Shown here: one piece after another, positions 45,077 through 51,958 of the stretch | How the letters are laid out: every line of letters begins with the position of its first letter | How positions within the stretch are numbered: the stretch's first letter is position 1 | Assembly (NCBI GenBank): GCA_001515205.2 | Contig: LQMQ01000039.1 | Coordinates: 1-51,958 of the forward strand | DNA from: Candidatus Hadarchaeum yellowstonense | Lineage (GTDB): Archaea > Hadarchaeota > Hadarchaeia > Hadarchaeales > Hadarchaeaceae | DNA length: 51,958 nucleotides | Direction: 5' to 3' | Notes under the pieces: model-generated | Seen by the model: only the letters and a program-made list of their open reading frames with translations | Database searches by the model: none | Told to the model about the DNA's origin: nothing | Translations under genes and position numbers: made by a program

Positions 45077-45478
45077 TCACCGGACGGGGAGATTGAGGCT
45101 GGCGTCTATGTCCTCGGCGATCTCCCGGATGGACTTCAGGGTGCGTTGAATGTCCAGCTCTATTTCATCCACGATCTTCTGGAGAGAATGGGAGCGAAGT
45201 TCCCACTTGCTTCCCTCCTTTGAGATTACTCCGGCCCTCCTCATTCGGTTCAGATGATGAACGATCGCGGTCCTGCTGAGCTTGACGTGTTGGGAAATAT
45301 CGTCCACGGTTATCTGGCCTTTCTTCGATTCCATCAGAAACGCCTTGAAGACCTTCACTGCCGTCTCAGACCTGTCCCTCACCCCGAGCAGCCCTAGGGA
45401 CTCACAGAACCATTTCAGGTCCCCATCCAGCGTGCTCTTCGCCGGCTGCTTCATGGTGCGGATCAAGATCTCCCTCAT
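45077..45478 (-). CDS. Winged-HTH transcriptional regulator, divergent from hsp20
   Basis: WFCESLGL, ITVDDIS....LSRTAIVHHLNRM..AGVI, C-terminal coiled coil. Confidence 0.85.
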   Translation of the reverse strand: MREILIRTMKQPAKSTLDGDLKWFCESLGLLGVRDRSETAVKVFKAFLMESKKGQITVDDISQHVKLSRTAIVHHLNRMRRAGVISKEGSKWELRSHSLQKIVDEIELDIQRTLKSIREIAEDIDASLNLPVR

Positions 45479-45533
45479 GACACCACCTTTTTACTATTGG
45501 ACCGTTAAATTTAAATACTTTAACCTTGCTATA

Positions 45534-45548
45534 ACTATTTGAAATAGT
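45534..45548. promoter_or_regulatory. Palindromic operator candidate between the HTH gene and hsp20
   Basis: ACTATTT-G-AAATAGT lies downstream of the TTTAAATA box (~45510-45517), near the expected hsp20 transcription start. Confidence 0.5.
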
Positions 45549-45581
45549 CAAAAACAAAACGAATTAGTGGAGGTGGTGAAC

Positions 45582-46031
45582 ATGATCTGGATGGACATCT
45601 TCGATGAGATGAGAAGGATGCAGAGGGAGATCAATCGGATGTTTGGAAACCTGCTCGCCAGACCATCGTTCGCCACCCCGCTGGCACCGGCTTGGGGCGG
45701 CTGGAGAGAACCACTGATGGACCTGTGGGAGGATGAGGACAACGTGACCATCAGGGCAGAGATCCCAGGGGTTAACAAGGAGGACATCAAGCTCAACGTC
45801 ACCGAGGACAGCCTAGAGGTCAAGGTGCTGAGAAAGAGGGAAAGCAAGGGAGAAACAGCGGGAGTGCAGCACCTGGAACGCAGCTACGAGGGCTTCTACC
45901 GCTACGTGCAGCTGCCCTGCAAGGTGGTTCCAGAGAAGGCAGAGGCGACTTACAACAACGGCATCCTCGAGGTGAAAATACCCAAGGCGGAAAAGGAGAA
46001 GAAGCGGGGTGTCGAGGTAAAGGTCCAGTAA
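45582..46031 (+). CDS. hsp20: Small heat shock protein (Hsp20/alpha-crystallin)
   Basis: PLMDL.E, AEIPGV.KEDI, ERSY..F.R...LP, A.YNNGILEVKIPK. Confidence 0.95.
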   Translation: MIWMDIFDEMRRMQREINRMFGNLLARPSFATPLAPAWGGWREPLMDLWEDEDNVTIRAEIPGVNKEDIKLNVTEDSLEVKVLRKRESKGETAGVQHLERSYEGFYRYVQLPCKVVPEKAEATYNNGILEVKIPKAEKEKKRGVEVKVQ

Positions 46032-46039
46032 ACGCCCCC

Positions 46040-46075
46040 TTTTCCCTTTTTTTATTTGATTTTTTCGCTCTTTCC
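46040..46075 (+). terminator. Oligo-T archaeal terminator after hsp20
   Basis: Several T runs (TTTT, TTTTTT, TTTTTT) directly after the stop codon. Confidence 0.5.
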
Positions 46076-46151
46076 TGGCAGGGGCCGTTTCTCCGCTTTT
46101 TTCGGAGGATCACGCAAGCAGCTATTTAAATCAGGTGCTCTTGTCAGTTAA

Positions 46152-46733
46152 ATGGAAAATCGGGTTGAAAAGATGCCGCGCGCGTTCATCGCCATCGATG
46201 TGAGCGAGGAGGTAAGGAAAAGGATAGTTGAGGCCCAGGAGCAGCTCCGGGCAACCGGGGCTGACGTCAAGCTGGTCGAGCCACCAAACATCCACGTGAC
46301 GCTCAAGTTTCTGGGGGAGGTCCCGGAAAAAAGGGTTGAGGAGATCGCCGCCGCCCTCGGAAGAGCGGTAAATGGTGCGAAAAAATTTGACATCGGCGTT
46401 AGGGGAATGGGTGTATTCCCCAACCTGAGCTATATTCGAGTCATCTGGGTCGGTGTGGAGAGGGGCAGGGATGAAATTCTGGAACTTCACCGGAAAATAG
46501 AGAAGGAACTGCAGCAGATGGGGTTCCGCCCAGAGGCTGATTTCGTCCCCCACCTGACCGTGGCCCGGGTAAGGACCGCGAAAAACAAGGAAAGGCTCGC
46601 GGGCTTCATCAAGGAAAAGGCCGCCGTGGACTTCGGCACGTCGCGGGTGCTCGCCGTGGAGCTGAAGCAGAGCACCCTGACGCCGAAGGGACCCATCTAC
46701 AGCACCCTGGCGAGGCTGGAGCTGCAGGACTGA
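46152..46733 (+). CDS. thpR: RNA 2',3'-cyclic phosphodiesterase (2'-5' RNA ligase, 2H family)
   Basis: RAFIAI, HVTLKFLGE, RVIWVG, PHLTVAR, S.LTP.GPIY. Confidence 0.95.
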   Translation: MENRVEKMPRAFIAIDVSEEVRKRIVEAQEQLRATGADVKLVEPPNIHVTLKFLGEVPEKRVEEIAAALGRAVNGAKKFDIGVRGMGVFPNLSYIRVIWVGVERGRDEILELHRKIEKELQQMGFRPEADFVPHLTVARVRTAKNKERLAGFIKEKAAVDFGTSRVLAVELKQSTLTPKGPIYSTLARLELQD

Positions 46734-46764
46734 GAGCGGTCCCGCCAAGATCATCTCCGGGAGT

Positions 46765-48150
46765 TCAGCGGTACCAGGGGAGCCTTCTGGTAAAATATTC
46801 CGAGAGGAACTCCCTGAACCCGCTATCCCTGAGAAGCGCCTTCAGTTTGGCCCCCTCATAGATCTGGTATTTTCTGGCAATCGCTTCCGCAACGTGCTTG
46901 CCAAATGATGCCCGCTGTGATAAAATATCCTTCAGCAAATCCAAAGCGTCAGTCCACTCCCTCTTCAGCTCAAAAACCATCCTGCCGGCCGCATCCACCA
47001 TCGGTCCGGCCAAGTAGGATTTTGAGCCGAGGTGTTCCCTGACGAAGCTCTCAGCCGGCACATTGGGGGGAGGGCCCACGCGTGTCTTGACCCCGGGCAA
47101 GCTTGAGACGCTCAGCTCGATGAGGATGGCCGAGTTTGAGTTGGCCCAGACATCGCTGCGGAGCACCTCAAATCCTTCCTGGGCCAAACGGGTCACGATG
47201 GCCCGCTCCGTCTTGCGCAGCTGGGGGAAGAGCACGTCCGGCACCACCCGCGGCGACCGGAAGACAACACAGAAGATCCTTGTTCCCCTCTTCTTCAAAA
47301 TTCTGTCGAGCTCCCTGGGCTCCAGCAGTCTCACCTGCCTCGGAAAGAAGAACTTCAGGCCCGGCCTATGCTGGAAATCCTGGCAGGCCCGCACGAAAAT
47401 GGAGAAGTTCTGCAGGGAAACTGCGGCGGCGGCATTGCGATTGGGGTCCACGGGATCCACCACCACGAGCGGCTGGTTTTCAAACATCAGCTTCAGCTCG
47501 GACCTGTCAGAATAATGGGAGGAGATATCGATCATCTCTCCCGGCAGCCACCTGCTCGCCGCCTCGACCAGTTTTGTAAAGGAGCCATAATGCAAGATGA
47601 GGAGCTCGCAGAGATAGCCGGAGAAGCCCTGTTTCTTCAGCTCGGCGCCGTAGACCCCTATCCCCGTGGCGAACTGCTTGAGCAGCAGCACCTCGTCGGC
47701 GAGCTGAGGTGTCAGTTTTTCCTTGACGTAACGCTGGTGGTGCGGGGAACGGTCGACAGCACTTTTGATTCTCTTGGGATCGGCGACATCGAAACAGGGC
47801 ACCAAATCTATGTCGAGCCCGCGGAACTTCATCGTCACGTAGGGGTGCTCGGCAAACTTTTCCTCCCCCGCCGCGCCCGCCACCTCTCGCGCGACCGCCA
47901 GCCCCTTTTCCTCCAGCTCCTCACGGGTGAGTCCCTCGTCAAAGAGAATGAAGATATCGATATCCGGTTCCTGACGAAGCCAGGTGCCGCGGGCCACCGA
48001 GCCGACGAGCATCGCCCTGGCGTTAAACCCGAGCCTTGAGATGGCCTCATCGGTGCGGCGGAGCAATTCGGAAGCCACCTCTTCCACAAACCTGATATCA
48101 GCCTCCCTGGGTTTGACCCTCCGGAGAACCGCTGCGAGGATATCAGCCAT
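46765..48150 (-). CDS. cca: Archaeal (class I) CCA-adding enzyme
   Basis: VGSVARGTWL...DIDIF, AEHPY, DLVPC, SAVDRSP.H, GFSGYLCELL, DPVDPNRNAA. Confidence 0.96.
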   Translation of the reverse strand: MADILAAVLRRVKPREADIRFVEEVASELLRRTDEAISRLGFNARAMLVGSVARGTWLRQEPDIDIFILFDEGLTREELEEKGLAVAREVAGAAGEEKFAEHPYVTMKFRGLDIDLVPCFDVADPKRIKSAVDRSPHHQRYVKEKLTPQLADEVLLLKQFATGIGVYGAELKKQGFSGYLCELLILHYGSFTKLVEAASRWLPGEMIDISSHYSDRSELKLMFENQPLVVVDPVDPNRNAAAAVSLQNFSIFVRACQDFQHRPGLKFFFPRQVRLLEPRELDRILKKRGTRIFCVVFRSPRVVPDVLFPQLRKTERAIVTRLAQEGFEVLRSDVWANSNSAILIELSVSSLPGVKTRVGPPPNVPAESFVREHLGSKSYLAGPMVDAAGRMVFELKREWTDALDLLKDILSQRASFGKHVAEAIARKYQIYEGAKLKALLRDSGFREFLSEYFTRRLPWYR

Positions 48151-48232
48151 CCTTCCACAAAGATTGATTAATTGCGGCGGGATAAATTGTTAGCGTTATA
48201 ACGGCTGGAATCGATGGGGAAAGGAAAGAGGT

Positions 48233-49177
48233 ATGACAAAATCCTTTGAAGCTCTGGTAAAAAATGCCAGGCACGCCATGGTGGTGGGAATCGGGGGAGG
48301 CGGCGACGTTGTCGGCGCCATACCCACCTCTCGCTACCTTCGCTGGCTCGGCATCCCCACCCTGCTCGGCGGGCTGACCTGGGAGCGCTACGTCAACGAC
48401 CCGGAGCCAGGGCCCAGGAAGATGGAGGAAATAATCGATATCGAGCTGCTCTCACCGACCGTGGGGCTGGCCAACGAGAGGACGAGAACAACGAAGGGGA
48501 TCCGATTCACCGAATCCGCGGTGGCCGAGGTCCTCAGGGAAAAGGTCGCGCTGATCGACCTGAACCAAGGCGTCCAAGGGGTCATCAAGGGTCTCAACGA
48601 GGCCATGCGGAAGCTAGGCATCGATCTCTTCATCGGCATCGACGTCGGGGGCGATGTCCTCGGCGAGGGGACAGAGAAGGGGCTGCACAGCATGCTCGCA
48701 GACAGCATGATGCTGGCGGCGATGGCCAACCTCGAGGTGCCCACTGTTCTCGGAGTGCTGGGCTGCTGCATGGACGGTGAACTGACCTTCGAGGAGTTCA
48801 ACAGGCAGCTGGCAAAAATCGCAGGGTACGGCGGGCTCCTCGGCGCCCGCTGTCTGACGCCGGAGGACATCGAGCTCCTGGAGAGGGTGATCCCGCATAC
48901 CAAGACGGAGTCGAGCCTGCTCGCCGTCAAGGCCGCCCGGGGATTCACCGGAGAAATCGAGATACGTGGCGGTCGCTGCCGGGTGCTGATGACCCCCATG
49001 TCCGCGCTCACCTTTTACTTCGACACCAGGATCGTCTATGAGCACATAAGCAAGGTGGCGAAGGACCTAGTGCCCACGAAGAGCTTGGAGGAGGCCAACG
49101 AGGTGTTAAAGAGGGCCAGGTTACCCAGCGAGCTGGACTTCGAGAGAAGCTTCGCTTGGAAAAAATATCTGAAGTGA
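48233..49177 (+). CDS. DUF1152 domain protein
   Basis: GIGGGGDVV, WER...DP.PGP, DVGGD.L..G.E..L.S.LAD, DGEL. Confidence 0.85.
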   Translation: MTKSFEALVKNARHAMVVGIGGGGDVVGAIPTSRYLRWLGIPTLLGGLTWERYVNDPEPGPRKMEEIIDIELLSPTVGLANERTRTTKGIRFTESAVAEVLREKVALIDLNQGVQGVIKGLNEAMRKLGIDLFIGIDVGGDVLGEGTEKGLHSMLADSMMLAAMANLEVPTVLGVLGCCMDGELTFEEFNRQLAKIAGYGGLLGARCLTPEDIELLERVIPHTKTESSLLAVKAARGFTGEIEIRGGRCRVLMTPMSALTFYFDTRIVYEHISKVAKDLVPTKSLEEANEVLKRARLPSELDFERSFAWKKYLK

Positions 49178-49252
49178 CAACATCACAATCCTGATCACCG
49201 CTCTTGGGGTTTCGCGCGGACTTAATTTTCCATCCGAAAGCCGCTGCTTGAG

Positions 49253-50161
49253 GTGACTTTTGCCGGCGATGGACTATTAGCCAGGTTCAACCAAGTGTTT
49301 TCGGAGACCATGGGAAGCCTGAAGCGTGCTTTAACCGGCGCTCTCGGCAGGAATGCCCCGGCCATCAGCTTCATCATCTTGGCCTTCCTGATCGTCACCG
49401 TTCTGAGCACCGCTTACTTCCTGCTGGCCTTCAACCGGGAACAGTTCCTCAACCTGCCCCAGGTCAAGGAGTACGACAACCTGCTGGAAAACGTCACGGG
49501 GATGGACGAGTGGTCGAGGACAAAATTTTACTGGTCAAACAACCTCAGGATCGCCGGGCTCTACGCGATCTCCTTTCCCTTTTACACCGGGGCGGCCTCG
49601 CTCCTGATGACGAGCCACCAGATAGGCCTGGCGGCGGTGTACAACTATCACCTCTACGGCCCGCTTGTCCTGCTGAATTTCATCAGCATCATCTTCGTTC
49701 ACGGGATCCTCGAGCTGACGGGAGCTCTGATCCTCGGGGGCGCCTCGCTGCGGCTTGCCTGGAAGCTCTGGGGTTATTTGGGCCATGCCCTGACCGCTGG
49801 CTGGGGGAAGGTGACTAGGAAAAGAAAGGCCGCGATCAGGCAGCACCTGACCGATTACCTCATCCTCATCGCCCTGGGTTCACTTCTGATCGCCCTGGCC
49901 GCTCCCGTCGAGTCCTATCTTACTCCGAGCGCCAGCGTCTTGTTCCTGATCTCACCGACGCTGGCGATCTTGTTCCTCGCCTCCGTGCTGCTCTTCTACG
50001 CGGCAATCATCAGGGTGGGCTTCAGGCCAATGCTCCGCCGGGCCTCCTCGGTGCTGGAGGACCTCGGAGAACTGGCCTCGGGCAGGTGGAAACCGAGCCA
50101 CCTTTCGCTGCTGATGTTCCTCCTCTTTTCCCTGCTGACCTGGCTGGGACTGCTGGTCTGA
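49253..50161 (+). CDS. Stage II sporulation protein M (SpoIIM/DUF95) family membrane protein
   Basis: NNLRI, HGILEL, AAPVESYLTP, multiple TM helices. The start may be ATG 49310. Confidence 0.8.
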   Translation: MTFAGDGLLARFNQVFSETMGSLKRALTGALGRNAPAISFIILAFLIVTVLSTAYFLLAFNREQFLNLPQVKEYDNLLENVTGMDEWSRTKFYWSNNLRIAGLYAISFPFYTGAASLLMTSHQIGLAAVYNYHLYGPLVLLNFISIIFVHGILELTGALILGGASLRLAWKLWGYLGHALTAGWGKVTRKRKAAIRQHLTDYLILIALGSLLIALAAPVESYLTPSASVLFLISPTLAILFLASVLLFYAAIIRVGFRPMLRRASSVLEDLGELASGRWKPSHLSLLMFLLFSLLTWLGLLV

Positions 50162-50250
50162 TCTCGCAGAAACAACCCGGCACCGTGGCCGCGAAAATCA
50201 GAGGAGAACCGGCGTTATATTAGCTGGCGGGAAACTTAGGTTTGATACCC

Positions 50251-51282
50251 ATGGAAAAGATAAGCCTGGGAAAGCTGCCCACGGTGATGACCTCGCGGGA
50301 ACTCATCGACACCGCTTTCAGGAGGGCCTCCGAAGCCGCGCCCAGGATAAAGGGGTCTCCACGAGAGGTAGCGGTCCAGCGCGAGCAGCAGCGCATAACT
50401 GTGGTCACAGCGACTGTGGTCGAGCACCTGAAGAAAACCGTGGCGGCCTTTCCCACCCTGACCGGCCTGCCCCAGTTCCACCGCGACCTGGTGGAGGCCC
50501 TGTGCGGCATCGATCGCCTGAGAAAGGCGCTGGGTGCCATCGCCGGGGCAACCAAGGTCGTGGAGAAAATCAGGCGGGAACAGCTGAGGAAACTGAAGTA
50601 CATCAAGTATCCCGCCGAGGCTGCCGCCGTGCGCCGCCAGGCCTACGGCCGGATCTCCTCGGTGCTGAAAAAAATAGACCAGGAGCTCCTTTTTCTGAAG
50701 GAGGCCGCCAAGAAGCTCTCAGAACTGCCCGAAGTTTATGTCGATATGCCGACGATTGTGATCGCGGGTTACCCCAACGTGGGGAAATCAACGCTGCTGA
50801 AGGCGCTGACGGGTTCCTCCCCCAAGATCGCCCCCTATCCCTTCACCACCACCGGGATACAGCTGGGCTACTTTGAGGACAGGCACCGGCGCTACCAGGT
50901 CGTGGACACACCGGGATTGCTGGACCGGCCTTTGGAAGAACGCAACCAAGTTGAGCTGCAGGCGATATCGGCCCTGAAGAACTTGGCCGGGGTCATCGTC
51001 TTCCTTCTGGATCCCTCCGAGACCTGTGGCTACCGGCTGGCGGACCAGCTGCACCTCCTCGAAGAGGTCAGGAGATCTTTTCCGCACACAAGGATTTTCG
51101 TGGCCGCCAACAAGGCCGACCTGCTGGGCCCGGAGCTAACCCAGCAAATTCAGAGGGACCATCCCGACATCCTCTTACTCACGGCCACGACGGGGGAAGG
51201 TGTCGAGGAGCTGCGGCGGAGACTGATCGCTGAGCTGGGGTCGAGCCCGCCAGGCGCCGGGCCACAATCTCAGAACTTGTAG
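50251..51282 (+). CDS. NOG1 family GTP-binding protein
   Basis: [41 protein letters not shown]. Confidence 0.95.
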   Translation: MEKISLGKLPTVMTSRELIDTAFRRASEAAPRIKGSPREVAVQREQQRITVVTATVVEHLKKTVAAFPTLTGLPQFHRDLVEALCGIDRLRKALGAIAGATKVVEKIRREQLRKLKYIKYPAEAAAVRRQAYGRISSVLKKIDQELLFLKEAAKKLSELPEVYVDMPTIVIAGYPNVGKSTLLKALTGSSPKIAPYPFTTTGIQLGYFEDRHRRYQVVDTPGLLDRPLEERNQVELQAISALKNLAGVIVFLLDPSETCGYRLADQLHLLEEVRRSFPHTRIFVAANKADLLGPELTQQIQRDHPDILLLTATTGEGVEELRRRLIAELGSSPPGAGPQSQNL

Positions 51283-51761
51283 CCGATCTTCCGGAGAAAC
51301 TCCTTCCGCCAGGCGATGTCCTTCTCGGTCTCGATTCCCTTGCTTCCAAAACCATCGACGACCCCGAGGATTCCGCGACCCTGAGCCGTTTCGGCCAGAA
51401 TCACCTGCAGCGGGTTGGCGGTGGCGGCAAAAATGGAGCAGACTTCGGGGATCTCCTTAATCCTGTTCAGGACGTTGATCGGGTAGGCATTTCGGATCAG
51501 GATCAGCAGACTGTGACCGGCACCCAGCTCGAGCGCCTTCTTGGCCGCAAAATCCTCGAGTTCCGGGTCGGTGCCGCTGTGCCTGACGAGACAGGGGCCG
51601 CTCGACTCACAGAAGGCCAGCCCGAACTTCAGCCCGGGAATGGAGGTCACCAGTGCCTCGTGCACATCCTCAACTGTCTTGATGAAGTGCGACTGGCAAA
51701 GGATCAGGTTGCATCCCTCGGGAGGAACCAGCTCCACTATTTTTAGCTCCAAGGAACCCAC
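51270..51761 (-). CDS. Adenosine-specific kinase family (DUF355)
   Basis: [50 protein letters not shown]. Confidence 0.9.
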   Translation of the reverse strand: MGSLELKIVELVPPEGCNLILCQSHFIKTVEDVHEALVTSIPGLKFGLAFCESSGPCLVRHSGTDPELEDFAAKKALELGAGHSLLILIRNAYPINVLNRIKEIPEVCSIFAATANPLQVILAETAQGRGILGVVDGFGSKGIETEKDIAWRKEFLRKIGYKF

Positions 51762-51828
51762 CTCCTCACAGGATAAACTCCCGTTTCAAATCGATAAATA
51801 TTTCCTTGTCGAGACTGTTTCTGAGAGG

Positions 51829-51958
51829 ATGGGGAAAAACCTGATCCTGAAGACGGCAGCGGGTGCGGGCAAACACCGGGTCCAGCTCCTCCTGCTGCCT
51901 GTCGGTGAGGACATACTGGCGGTGTTTTTTGGAGGGGACCGGCCGCACGTCGGAGCCG
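51829..51958 (+). CDS. Hypothetical protein, possibly LpdD/PAC4-like (partial, runs off the window's right edge)
   Basis: My translation: MGKNLILKTAAGAGKHRVQLLLLPVGEDILAVFFGGDRPHVGA, containing a G.D.....GG..PH.GA motif. Confidence 0.5.
   Translation, partial: MGKNLILKTAAGAGKHRVQLLLLPVGEDILAVFFGGDRPHVGA

Noticed and set aside
7367-51746. Numerous 60-250 aa ORFs antisense or out of frame to recognised genes (e.g. 7580..8326, 17604..18317, 22653..23402, 47368..48039)
   Set aside because: Expected shadows of GC-rich coding sequence. They carry no recognisable motifs and overlap confident genes almost entirely.
1-51958. CRISPR arrays, rRNA genes, inteins, Sec/Pyl read-through
   Set aside because: I saw no regularly spaced repeats, rRNA-length conserved sequence, intein motifs or in-frame stops within conserved genes, reading by eye.

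Overview
Archaeal chromosomal window. The evidence is an archaeal ribosomal/translation superoperon, a class I CCA enzyme, F420 biosynthesis genes, and BRE/TATA promoters with GGTGA/GGAGG ribosome-binding sites. The gene content suggests an anaerobic, probably uncultured lineage such as Hadarchaeota, but that is only inference. From left to right: (1) an AT-rich accessory block (1 to ~5.9 kb) with ArsR, an FeS/tungsten-oxidoreductase/FAD-subunit operon and a possible transposase relic, followed by an ArsR-Acr3-ArsR arsenic module; (2) an F420 cluster (mer, cofE, cofD, cofH, cofG, cofC, fno) interrupted by lysE, trpB2, two stand-alone Lrp ligand domains and an unannotated box C/D guide sRNA predicted to methylate 16S C1402; (3) the conserved nep1-rnp4-rps19e-PDCD5-rpl39e-rpl31e-eIF6-rpl18a-pfdA-ftsY operon; (4) the most interesting locus (22.7-30.6 kb), where a KaiC/RAD55-like ATPase, a GH3-family acyl-acid amido synthetase, membrane sensor-like proteins with DUF835 (inactive KaiC-like) domains and MEDS-PadR/PadR regulators form a candidate archaeal small-molecule signalling system; (5) an ADH-ferredoxin-AOR-sodium symporter-amidinotransferase catabolic module next to tRNA-Gly(GCC); (6) a type IV pilus-like ATPase/TadC locus with no recognisable pilin; (7) housekeeping genes (marC, a degenerate fdrA-like gene, DUF296, queC, HTH/hsp20, thpR, cca, DUF1152, SpoIIM, NOG1, adenosine-specific kinase). 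All calls come from motif recognition by eye; no database searches were run.
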